64,000 nt of DNA. Origin: Candidatus Bathyarchaeota archaeon. Lineage in GTDB: Archaea > Thermoproteota > Bathyarchaeia > 40CM-2-53-6 > RBG-13-38-9. The first letter of the stretch is position 1; each line of letters begins with the position of its first letter. Both the position numbers and the translations under genes were made by a program. The DNA lies in contig CAWECG010000003.1 in NCBI GenBank assembly GCA_963807605.1, positions 224,001 to 288,000 of the forward strand, in the 5' to 3' direction. The notes below the pieces were generated by a model. It was not told the origin of the DNA. It made no database searches and saw only the letters and a list, made by a program, of their open reading frames with translations. Shown here one piece after another: positions 40,045 to 49,314 of the stretch.

Positions 40045-40845
40045 TTACTTATTCTTCCATCTTGGTGTTCTTTTTTCCAGAAGTGCTTTAATTCCCTCTT
40101 CCGTGTCTTCAGATGTGGATGCGAGGGCAATTAGATCTTTTGCGTAGTGCATCGCCTTCACATATTCCATGTCTCCCATCATGTAGAAGGCCGGTTTCCC
40201 TATACCATAGGCTAACCTGCTCTTGCTCGAGATCTTCTCTCCAAGTTCAACAGCAACCTCGACATGCTTTCCTTTAGGAACGACCTTATTGACTAGGCCA
40301 AGCTTCTCAGCTTCGGCTGCGCTTATGGGATCTCCAGTGACCAACATCTACAGCGCTTTCTTCCGTCCAACGGATCTCTGAAGAGGTATCATAGGCGTTA
40401 GACAGAATAATCCTATGTTGACTCCGGGAGTCTGAAATACCGCATCCTCAGCGGCAACAATCATGTCACACGCCGCGGCCAAGCCACATCCTGCAGCAGT
40501 TGTATACCCGTGAGCCGCGGCGATCACGGGTTTACTCATTCGAGCAATATTTTCATAGACCATTATCGATTTTGTGAAGAGGTCTCTTTTTTCAAGCGGA
40601 CTGGCTTTCAAGATCTCTCTTAGGTCATGGCCGCTGCAGAAGGCTTTGCCTTCCCCTGCTATCACAGCGGCACCTAACCCGTCGTTCTCTTCAACATATT
40701 CTAATCTATCAAGAATATTGTCGATCATGGGCTCGTTAAGGGCATTCAACACGTGAGGTCTGTTCAACGTGAACAAACCAACGCTGCCTTTCTTCTCAAA
40801 CTTTAATGGCTCACTCTCCAAACTAAATCCTCTCTGTAAGGTCAT
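40045..40845 (-). pseudogene. Enoyl-CoA hydratase/crotonase interrupted by an in-frame TAG at 40348-40350
   Basis: Two abutting same-frame ORFs ...RKKAL*MLVTGD...; FCSGHDL, AAGCGLAAACD. Confidence 0.8.
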
Positions 40846-40927
40846 AATTGGTCTATGAAATGGCAGAGCAATCAGGCTGAAGACTTAACTGTATCGCCCA
40901 ATCATGCTCATCTATTCTGTCAGACCG

Positions 40928-41317
40928 TCAGCCGTGAATTAGGCTCGGTATACATTTGGCGCATACCCATTCGCTTTTCCCCTTGGATCTGACAGGGAAC
41001 AGGACTATGTCCTTCTCTGTCTTCCCACACTTGAAACACATTGCAACTATCTGAGGAGAGGTGTGTGCCTCCTCTGCTAATTCCTTGTGGAAATTCACAG
41101 TCTCTCGCTCCTCAACTGTAAGAGCTCCAGTGGGACATATTCCTATACAAAACCCTAGACCGTCACATAGATCTTCTCTCATTACCTTTGCCTTGCCATT
41201 TGCTATGGTTATGGCTCCCTCAACGCAAGGAACGACGCATTTCCCGCAACCGTTGCAGAGTTTCTGATCTATCTTGACTATGCTTCTTCGCACCTTCGCT
41301 CTTTTCAAATCTTGCAT
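40928..41317 (-). CDS. 2x[4Fe-4S] ferredoxin-domain protein with C-terminal zinc finger
   Basis: CNGCGKCVVPC, CDGLGFCIGICP, CFKC...CAKC. Confidence 0.85.
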   Translation of the reverse strand: MQDLKRAKVRRSIVKIDQKLCNGCGKCVVPCVEGAITIANGKAKVMREDLCDGLGFCIGICPTGALTVEERETVNFHKELAEEAHTSPQIVAMCFKCGKTEKDIVLFPVRSKGKSEWVCAKCIPSLIHG

Positions 41318-41593
41318 TTGACAAAACCACTGATGTACCGACGGTATTTCCCCAGGATCTTCGTGACAATGACTTTGTACCGTGTCTATTAAAGGGTAAA
41401 GATTCTTAGCACGCGAATATGAACTCAAGATCTCATATGATTGTTCTTAACCAAACAATCGGGAACATATTGAATTAGAAAATCGTATTACAAGCAAGTC
41501 AGATCAGCGCGCGCTAAAGTAAAGTATTATATTCGATTTAACAATTCCCGTTAACATTGGACTCTGAATACAAGCCTCTGCAAGTAAAGAACT

Positions 41594-42685
41594 ATGAACA
41601 TTGATCTCAGTTTGCCCTACATTACTGCCGACTTACCGGGTATCGGCGGACAGTTGCGAACAACGCCCAATAACTTCGTCGTTGAAGAGCTGTCTCTTTA
41701 CGAGCCTGAGGGACAAGGGGAACACCTCTATGTCAATCTGACCAGAGAAGGCATGACAACGAGAGAGGTCCAATACAGGCTAGCTGACATATTCGGCATA
41801 ACCCCACGTGATGTCGGCTTTGCTGGTTTGAAGGATAAGTACGCCTGCACAACCCAGACCTTCAGCTTGTTAGTCGGCAAAGTAGATGATAATTTTATTA
41901 ACCAAGCCGCTGAGCGCATCAGAACCAATCTACCTGTGACGGTCAACTGGACGCGACTACACAAGAACAAACTCAAACCAGGACATCTATTGGGTAATCG
42001 ATTCACAATAACCGTGACTAATCCAAAGATCCCACCGGATAAGGCGTTATCCCGAGTCCAAGCGATCGGTACCCGTCTGCAAGAGAGAGGCCTGCCGAAC
42101 TTCTTCGGCCCTCAACGTTTCGGGTTCAATGGCGATAACGTTCAGCGTGGTCTGGAGATTATTCTGGGTCAGCTGCAGAATGTAGATCTGTGGTTGCGAC
42201 GCTTTCTAATCTCCAGCTACCAGAGCTATCTGTGTAACCGTTACTTGGTTCGTAGGTTTGAATCAGGCACTTTTGACCGCATCCTGCTAGGAGACATTGC
42301 TAAGAAATACGCGACCGGGGGCCTGTTCCAAGTGAAAGACGATAGAAAAGAACAACCACGCTATGAAAATCATGAGATTAGCTTCACCGCTCCCATCTAT
42401 GGCCCAAGGATGTGGTCGGCTACGGGTCCAGCAGGAGAACTGGAGGCAGAAATACTTGCTGAGGCTGGGCTAAGCTTGAAACAGTTCGGTGCTGTGCGGG
42501 TTGAAGGTACCAGACGCCTTGGAAGACTGCTAGTCCCAGATCTGAATGTGAGCTTGGAGCCGCAGGGATTGCGTGCGCGTTTTTCCCTGCCCAAAGGAGC
42601 CTTTGCGACCACTATCCTGCGTGAGATCATGAAGGTTGATCTTCAAGATTCCTTAAGTTCTTTCTCCAGCAATACGGAATATTGA
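41594..42685 (+). CDS. truD: tRNA pseudouridine(13) synthase TruD
   Basis: FVVEE, GEHLY, FAGLKDK, GNRF, NFFGPQRFG, LPKGAFAT. Confidence 0.92.
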   Translation: MNIDLSLPYITADLPGIGGQLRTTPNNFVVEELSLYEPEGQGEHLYVNLTREGMTTREVQYRLADIFGITPRDVGFAGLKDKYACTTQTFSLLVGKVDDNFINQAAERIRTNLPVTVNWTRLHKNKLKPGHLLGNRFTITVTNPKIPPDKALSRVQAIGTRLQERGLPNFFGPQRFGFNGDNVQRGLEIILGQLQNVDLWLRRFLISSYQSYLCNRYLVRRFESGTFDRILLGDIAKKYATGGLFQVKDDRKEQPRYENHEISFTAPIYGPRMWSATGPAGELEAEILAEAGLSLKQFGAVRVEGTRRLGRLLVPDLNVSLEPQGLRARFSLPKGAFATTILREIMKVDLQDSLSSFSSNTEY

Positions 42686-42765
42686 TTATGATATTCGGGG
42701 GAAATCGAGATCTCCATAAGCTATTTGAGAAATCCTGCATGGCTTGATGAATGAAGAGATGGCGA

Positions 42766-42886
42766 ATGAAAAAGGTCTCTCTCAAGAGAGAGCTTCGACA
42801 TCTTTACAGCCCCTCAGCGAAAAAGGTCCAGACTCTTGAAGTCCCTGAGATGACTTTTCTGATGATGGACGGTCAAGGCGATCCAA
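42766..42886 (+). pseudogene. N-terminal fragment of a GyrI-like protein, ending at a GCGC box
   Basis: MKKVSLKRELRHLYSPSAKKVQTLEVPEMTFLMMDGQGDP followed directly by AGCGCGCGCT. Confidence 0.7.
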
Positions 42887-42984
42887 AGCGCGCGCTTAGA
42901 ATACACTGGGACGGCCACAGTCAATTCTTGATAATTGAAATGTAGGTTTAAACGGGAGAATTTAGATCGTAGACGTCTACACTA

Positions 42985-43173
42985 CTATTCTTGTGATCTG
43001 TTGCATTGTGGACAGAAAACTTCTCCCAAAGGCATGCCCTTCCCACAGAATCGACAGCTACTAGAAGATTTGATATTAATTGACCCGTCCTTTGAGATGT
43101 CAAGATTAAGTTGTTTCCCCACTTCACCCATTATCTTATTCTCAATAGCTTTAGTGATCCACGACCAAGACAT
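42985..43173 (-). CDS. Small zinc-ribbon protein
   Basis: CRFCG...FCPQC. Confidence 0.6.
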   Translation of the reverse strand: MSWSWITKAIENKIMGEVGKQLNLDISKDGSINIKSSSSCRFCGKGMPLGEVFCPQCNRSQE

Positions 43174-43347
43174 TCATGGATTCCCCCTATACATGTGAGA
43201 GGAGTAACTACTGCCATTTGCAGCTACATTAGGTATCCGGTTCATGTCGCTTAAGTATAACCTTTCCGTTGACGATACTCAACCGAGATAAGCTGAGGAT
43301 AGTCTATATCGATTCAATTTTCCAGAAATGAGAAACCGTGTGAAGTT

Positions 43348-43818
43348 ATGACAGACAACCGAACTCTCATAGCGTACGGATCGAAGATGGGTGCAACCGA
43401 AGAAACTGCTTCTGAAATTGCATCTGTCCTGCGCGAGAAATATCGCTTTGAAGTTGATGTAGTCGATCTTAAGAAAAATCCAACCCCCGATCTCACTCAA
43501 TACAGAAATATCGTGATCGGAAGTGGCGTCAGGATCGGTTCATGGAATGGAAGAGCTTTAAAGTTTCTACATAACGAGTTTGAGGGAAAGAAAGTAGCCG
43601 TGTTCGTCTCTTCCATGATGGCCGGCAATCCAAATACGTACGACGGAGCTTTCACTAAATTCATCAAAGACGTCTTAGGAACTCACGCTCGTTTTGAACC
43701 TGTGGCAACAGCTGCATTTGGAGGGCGCCTGAAGATCCTAGGAATGACTTTGTCGGACAACCGTGACACAGAGAAAATTAGGGCTTGGGCAGACGAGCTG
43801 GGTAAGAAGCTTAGCTAA
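43348..43818 (+). CDS. Flavodoxin-like protein (HemG/Flavodoxin_5)
   Basis: YGSKMGATEE, IGSGV, FGG, D.RD...IRAW. Confidence 0.87.
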   Translation: MTDNRTLIAYGSKMGATEETASEIASVLREKYRFEVDVVDLKKNPTPDLTQYRNIVIGSGVRIGSWNGRALKFLHNEFEGKKVAVFVSSMMAGNPNTYDGAFTKFIKDVLGTHARFEPVATAAFGGRLKILGMTLSDNRDTEKIRAWADELGKKLS

Positions 43819-43844
43819 TCTGCTCACTATCAAATACACTGACT

Positions 43845-44402
43845 CTATTCATTTTTCGAAAAGCCATAGACGCCTATTTTCTTTTGAAGACTCCAGTATT
43901 CGTCTTGGTTGTAGACGAAGGGAGATGCTTTGGTGAAGTCTATCTTCTCCGTCTTATCTAGGATTCGTTGGTCCACGTGAACGCGCACAACCTTGCCGAG
44001 GAAGAGATGATGAGAACCCAAAGGAACCTTCTTTGTGACGACACATTCAATGTTGACAGGACATTCTTTGATAAGTGGGGGTTTAACCTTCTCCGCCGGT
44101 TCAGGTGTAAGCCCCGTTTCAGAAAACTTATTCACATCTCTTCCTGAGACAAATCCGCAGAAGTCTGATATCTTCAGAAGTTCCGTCGTTGGAATGTTGA
44201 CAACGAACTCTCCAGAATCCTCAATCAGTTTACAAGAATATCTGTGAGGACGTATACCCAGTCCCAGCATGGGTGGTTCCGAACACACAACTCCCGCCCA
44301 GGCCAGAGTGATTATGTTAGGCTTTCCTTTAGAGTCTACGCAAGTTACAAGAACGACAGGGCAAGGATAAAGAGCGGTCGAGGGCTCTTTTGCTAGTTTC
44401 AT
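43845..44402 (-). CDS. Flavin reductase-like (flavoredoxin) protein
   Basis: YPCPVVLV, NIITLAW, GEFVVN, ECPVNIEC, GSHHLFLG. Confidence 0.9.
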   Translation of the reverse strand: MKLAKEPSTALYPCPVVLVTCVDSKGKPNIITLAWAGVVCSEPPMLGLGIRPHRYSCKLIEDSGEFVVNIPTTELLKISDFCGFVSGRDVNKFSETGLTPEPAEKVKPPLIKECPVNIECVVTKKVPLGSHHLFLGKVVRVHVDQRILDKTEKIDFTKASPFVYNQDEYWSLQKKIGVYGFSKNE

Positions 44403-44800
44403 AAGCGAGCGTCTCCGATCTTTGCATTTAACCTTTGCGAACTAGCCTCTTTGAATGTAGAACTAACTTATCCATTAACTACGGACTAGAATCTCACGCG
44501 CACTTTTCTGGAATAACTCGAGGTGCGGGGAGTTAGATGACAATTCACGTTTTGAACCAACGAAATTATGATGGAGAAATCATACGCTATGGTTCCGCCT
44601 CAATCGGACAAAAATACGCAAAATATCCTCAAAATGGCCTAATGCAATGGTGCGGGGGGATTCGCGCACCAGTTTACCAGTACATATAAGCCTTCTACAG
44701 ATCTGCGGTGATCCGGTAATTCGAATGATGAATTATAGAGATCCTTGTCGCTGCTGTGGGTCGAATCATTCGTGTGTGCATCAAGTTATGCGTACAGAAT

Positions 44801-46042
44801 CTACTTCAAAACCTGAGGAAGACTCAGGAGGAAAAGAGACGTCACAATGATGATGGTTGCCAAGGCGAGTGTGGTTACAGTTTTTCCCAACTTGTAGCCT
44901 CCCATGATCTTCTGATTCCTCGCAAGAAGCAGTAAAGGTACAAGCACAAATGGTAGCAGCGCTCCATTCAAATACTGTGTAAAGACCATGATCTCAATTT
45001 GGTTTGGCAAAAGGGAAAAAACTGCTGCGACAATTACCCACAAGATAAACAGGAGCCTAAACCTTTTTGCCTTAATTCTTTCTTCGATACCCAAAAAGCC
45101 AAAACTGTTGTAAACACTCCCAAGACCTACTGTAATAACTGCTGAAATACCCGCGCATGCGAAAGCGACACCAAACAATATTACCCCGATATTTCCGAGT
45201 CTATCGTAGAATGGGAGCGCAATATCTAGAAAAGTTTCTATTTGTCTACCCCTGACAAGAATGGCCGCGGTCGCTATGATAACGATATTCAAAATGGTTC
45301 CCATGAGCAGGCTTATAATAGAGTCAATCCTTTGGTTGACTACGGCTTCGTGTTGATAACGAACCAATTCTTCAAGACCGCGATGATGATCGTGAATTAA
45401 TCCCTTCTCGAAAACTAGGCCACTATGTAGTACGACATACGTAGGCATTATCGAAGCTCCTATCAGAGCTTCAGCATAGTAAAGCGACTTTCCACTCATA
45501 GACGGCACAATTGAACTAAAGATGACACTTGTGTAGGAAGGATTCAATTGAACAAACAAATATGCATAAACAAGGAAAACAGCTGTTGCAAGAAAGATTA
45601 CAGTCTTTTCCACTTTACTATAAGATCCCAAGAAAACTAGAAAGACGGTAAGTGAAATTGTTGCGAGTACTCCCAAAATGTAAGGTATCTTAAAGAGAAA
45701 GGATAGGGCAAGACTCAGCCCAATAATCTCGGCAGTCAAAGTGGACAAGTCCAAGAAAAGATATGTAACAAAAAGAAAGCTAGAATAGTTTCTTCCATAT
45801 GTGCGATGAATATTCTCTGCTAGAGTCTTGCGCGTTACAACTCCAAGCCTCGCACTGATCTCCTCTACTATGATTAGAAGTATACCAGAGTAAAACGCGG
45901 CCCACAGAACCTCAAATCCCAATGCTGATCCTGAGGCTGTGGCGGTCACAATACTCGCCGGATCAAAGAGTTCTACTGAGATTAGAACAGCAGGTCCTAT
46001 GACGCCCAAAGTCCTGATTATTTGCTTCAATCTGGGTGACAA
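44801..46042 (-). CDS. NRAMP-like divalent metal transporter
   Basis: DPASI variant of DPGN, ARLGVVT, IGASIMP. Confidence 0.82.
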   Translation of the reverse strand: MSPRLKQIIRTLGVIGPAVLISVELFDPASIVTATASGSALGFEVLWAAFYSGILLIIVEEISARLGVVTRKTLAENIHRTYGRNYSSFLFVTYLFLDLSTLTAEIIGLSLALSFLFKIPYILGVLATISLTVFLVFLGSYSKVEKTVIFLATAVFLVYAYLFVQLNPSYTSVIFSSIVPSMSGKSLYYAEALIGASIMPTYVVLHSGLVFEKGLIHDHHRGLEELVRYQHEAVVNQRIDSIISLLMGTILNIVIIATAAILVRGRQIETFLDIALPFYDRLGNIGVILFGVAFACAGISAVITVGLGSVYNSFGFLGIEERIKAKRFRLLFILWVIVAAVFSLLPNQIEIMVFTQYLNGALLPFVLVPLLLLARNQKIMGGYKLGKTVTTLALATIIIVTSLFLLSLPQVLK

Positions 46043-46207
46043 TTTGGAACCTGCTGAAACACAGCCTAAGACGTAAAAGCAGAAAAAACTACCGGAAGAC
46101 TCACTCGTAATTTAAGCTACCAGATCAAAGGCATATTAATTGCCTCCACATAACCAACGATTTGCGCGTCCCAAAATAGAAGGGAAGATTGAGTTCAAGC
46201 GCGCGCT

Positions 46208-46364
46208 ACACAAGAGCGAGCTGAACCAGAAAATAGACGGTTGGATCAAACGCTTGAAGAAGTATCGTGGCCATCCAAGGTTTTACGAATTATTGGAAGA
46301 ATTGAAGGAGCTGCACGGCCGCAAGAATGCAGATTACAGCAAGGAGGAGGACTCGCTGAGTTGA
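46208..46364 (+). pseudogene. Fragment resembling a viral nucleotide-modification-associated (DUF1599-like) protein
   Basis: GHPRFYELLEELKELHGRKNADYS; begins at the GCGC box at 46198 and stops early. Confidence 0.45.
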
Positions 46365-46394
46365 ACATTACGGTTACTATGAATCACTTGGGAG

Positions 46395-48050
46395 TCATGC
46401 TGCATAGACCCCTTCCTCCACGACATACTTTCTTCGGGCCAGGTCCATGAGATTTCGTGTGAATACTATTCCGTAGATTGCTACGACAATGGCGAAGAGC
46501 AACGATACCCATGCCGCGTTTTCCACATGTCCATTGGATATGTTAAGGCCGATGTATCTCATCATCCCATCACGGACTTCAAGTGAATGGGTCCCATCGA
46601 TGTTAGGCCAGAATTCTCCAATCTCTATTCCAGCCCAAGCACTGTTGATTGTACTCGAAAGGCCTGTTACTAGGTATGGGAATGTTCCGGGAATAATTAT
46701 GCGTCTCATGCGAGCTCCCCAACCGAGATCGTAATTACGCATGATTTCCCAGAACTGTGTTGGGATGGCCTGAACTCCAATCCAGAAATCGAAGAGCACG
46801 TAATAGAAGCAGCTCAGAAAACCCAAGGTGAATACATAGATCTCGGTCGAGTATGCCGCTGGGAATATTGAGTTGAATAAGGGGAATGTTGCTATGAAGA
46901 CAAGTGGAAAATAGGTTGGAGCTGGAAAAGCAGCTATCGCCTGAATGATGGGTGCAAATGTCAAACTTGCCTTATGGTGTATTGCCATAACATATCCTAA
47001 GGACACAGCCACGCCAAACGCGGCAGCAGTTACGGCTAATACCCTGACATAATCAATTCCCATCGAATACAGAAGATACGGGGTTGACCCCAGGAAAGTT
47101 CTCCATCGTTCTCCAGGAACCGCAAATGCGATCAGCAAAGAAGAGTAAACTAGGTACACCAAGACCATAATGCCCAAACAGAACGTTAACGACTTCGCAG
47201 CTACATTCAAGAGATGCCGAAAAGGTGACGGACCTTCAGCTTCGCCTTCAAATTCACTGCGATGCGAAGGGCGGGTAAACCGTCCGGCAAAGCGCGCTAG
47301 CGCGCGCGCGCTTCGGATACGACTACGGAAGACGTCTAACGCCCTGAAACGACGACTAAGTGGACTACGCCGTTTGATTTCAATCGTCGAATCGACGCTA
47401 TACTTGGCTACGAAATGCCTGCTCATAGTGGTAAGTAGCAATGTAACTCCGATCACGCCAACGGCGATGCATAAAAGCGAATAGTACACGTCAATGATGT
47501 CGCCTTGTTGGGTGAAGAGCGCTATTTTGGTGCCAATCCCAAATGTCTGATAGGTTTTAACACCAACCGTGAATACTTCACTAACAGCTATGTAGAAGAA
47601 CCCATCTGCGAAACTTGAAAAGAGATTCGCCGTAACACGCGGAATTGAATGCGGAATGTAAAGCTTCCACATTCTCCAGCCGAAACTGAAGCCATAGTTC
47701 TCAGACACCTCCAGGAGATGAGCTGGAACTGTCTTGAAAGCCTGATAGGCTCCGATCCAAACGTTCCATACAACAGCGTCCCAAACTAGAAAGTCAACCG
47801 CCACCTCTGTGCCCAGAGAGCCTCCTAAGCCCTGAATGAAAATTAAGAGGACGATTGGAAGGAACGCGATAACAGGGATGGATTCCAGTACGTTAACAAG
47901 AGGAACGTAAGCATTCTCGAATCTTCTACTCTTCACGGCAAGATATGCTAAACCCCATCCGCTCAGTACAGAGAGAAGCATAAGCAAAAGAATTCTGCTG
48001 ATCGTTGCGAGAGTAGCGAGCGCTATTATGGTAATGTCCATGCGTCTCAC
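46395..48050 (-). CDS. Nitrate/sulfonate-type ABC transporter permease, duplicated domain
   Basis: Two permease repeats; LESIPVIAFLP, IIPGTFPYLVTG. Confidence 0.87.
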   Translation of the reverse strand: MRRMDITIIALATLATISRILLLMLLSVLSGWGLAYLAVKSRRFENAYVPLVNVLESIPVIAFLPIVLLIFIQGLGGSLGTEVAVDFLVWDAVVWNVWIGAYQAFKTVPAHLLEVSENYGFSFGWRMWKLYIPHSIPRVTANLFSSFADGFFYIAVSEVFTVGVKTYQTFGIGTKIALFTQQGDIIDVYYSLLCIAVGVIGVTLLLTTMSRHFVAKYSVDSTIEIKRRSPLSRRFRALDVFRSRIRSARALARFAGRFTRPSHRSEFEGEAEGPSPFRHLLNVAAKSLTFCLGIMVLVYLVYSSLLIAFAVPGERWRTFLGSTPYLLYSMGIDYVRVLAVTAAAFGVAVSLGYVMAIHHKASLTFAPIIQAIAAFPAPTYFPLVFIATFPLFNSIFPAAYSTEIYVFTLGFLSCFYYVLFDFWIGVQAIPTQFWEIMRNYDLGWGARMRRIIIPGTFPYLVTGLSSTINSAWAGIEIGEFWPNIDGTHSLEVRDGMMRYIGLNISNGHVENAAWVSLLFAIVVAIYGIVFTRNLMDLARRKYVVEEGVYAA

Positions 48051-48058
48051 CCAACCAG

Positions 48059-48859
48059 TTACTGCTTCAGGCTTGGACTCAAATGATTATAGAGTCTGTC
48101 AACATAGTTGAAGAAGACTGGTTCTCGTTGCGATCGTGGTCTAGGAATGTCGATCTTGACTTCGTCAACAAGAGTTGCTGGTGTTCCGTTCATAACGTAG
48201 ACCCTGTCAGCCAACTGAACAACTTCCTGCAGGTTATGTGAGACCAAAACAACTGATTTAAGGCTGGTTTCAGGATTAAAGACAAGATCGTAGATTTCTT
48301 GCCGCATGCCTGTTGCGGTGAGTTCGTCAAGGTGCACGAAGGGTTCATCCATCAAGAGTATCTCTGGGGATGCGGCTAGTGCTCTTGCAATGGCAATCTT
48401 CTGTCGCATTCCTCCACTCATTTCCTTTGGATAATAGGCTTCAACCCCGCTAAGCCCGACGAGTTCCAGCATTTCTCTAGCTATTCGATTGGCTTCATCC
48501 TGTTCGATCTTTTTGCTGATCAATGACAGTTTTACGTTCTCTAGCGCTGTCATCCAGGGGAATGTGGCTATTGATTGGTGGATCAGCGAGATTTTGGAAG
48601 AAGGTTTCCTGACTTCTTTACCGTCCAAGAAGACTTGGCCTTTTGTCGGAGGCGTTAAGTATCCTAGGTTTCTGATGAGTGTCGATTTTCCGCATCCTGT
48701 TGGGCCGACGACTGCTACTAGCTCGTTTTCGTAGGTTTTCAGGTTTACGTGGTCGTAAACCATTTTCAATTTATTGTAACTGTAACCGAGATCTCGACAC
48801 TCTAGCTCAGATTGGGTTTTCTGTCTGCAGAAGTTTTCTGAGGTTGTTACACCACTCAT
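48059..48859 (-). CDS. Nitrate/sulfonate-type ABC ATPase
   Basis: GPTGCGKST, MSGGMRQK, MDEPF. Confidence 0.92.
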   Translation of the reverse strand: MSGVTTSENFCRQKTQSELECRDLGYSYNKLKMVYDHVNLKTYENELVAVVGPTGCGKSTLIRNLGYLTPPTKGQVFLDGKEVRKPSSKISLIHQSIATFPWMTALENVKLSLISKKIEQDEANRIAREMLELVGLSGVEAYYPKEMSGGMRQKIAIARALAASPEILLMDEPFVHLDELTATGMRQEIYDLVFNPETSLKSVVLVSHNLQEVVQLADRVYVMNGTPATLVDEVKIDIPRPRSQREPVFFNYVDRLYNHLSPSLKQ

Positions 48860-48949
48860 AGGCCTCTCTGCCTAGCACCGTTAAGGACTATATACGGCTA
48901 TCCACTCCAGGGGGATGGCGGTCTGATTTTGAGGGAGAAAAACAGGTGA

Positions 48950-49245
48950 ATGACCCCCCGACCGATTCTCATGACAAAAATAGAGAACTTCTCCGGCTTA
49001 CTCTGATGGGAGCTGCAGCACTATTCAGTTGGCTCGGCCTGTGGCGGGCCTTTCTCCCAGTAGATCTAGTAGGCTTGGACTAAGCACTGATTGGTGGTTA
49101 TCCGATCTGCAAAGAAACGCTACAATCTTTGACCCATAAGAAGATCAACATGGAAGTCTCGATGTCTTTAGCGATCCTGGCATCACTTCTAATCGGTCAG
49201 TTCACCGCTGCTGCGGTTTCTTTGTTTTTCATCGAGGTCACAGAA
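48950..49245 (+). pseudogene. Degraded N-terminal fragment of a P1B heavy-metal ATPase
   Basis: ...VGLD*ALIGGYPICKE...KKINMEVSMSLAILASLLIGQF; internal TAA at 49081; truncated before the tRNA. Confidence 0.7.
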
Positions 49246-49314
49246 AGCACGTCATACCCCACGACAATAAGGCTTGCTCGAGTCATGGAGTTCTCTCGGA
49301 TCACTCTAGTGAGT

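Larger units (their letters stand above)
24037..46207. repeat. Dispersed palindrome AGCGCGCGCT at gene junctions (13 intact copies)
   Basis: Copies start at 24038, 24589, 25113, 28662, 29270, 29658, 29841, 31861, 34484, 38419, 41506, 42887 and 46198. Confidence 0.92.

Noticed and set aside
24037-46207. GCGC boxes as a CRISPR array
   Set aside because: The repeat is only 8-14 bp, spacing ranges from 40 bp to several kb, and there are no cas genes in the window.
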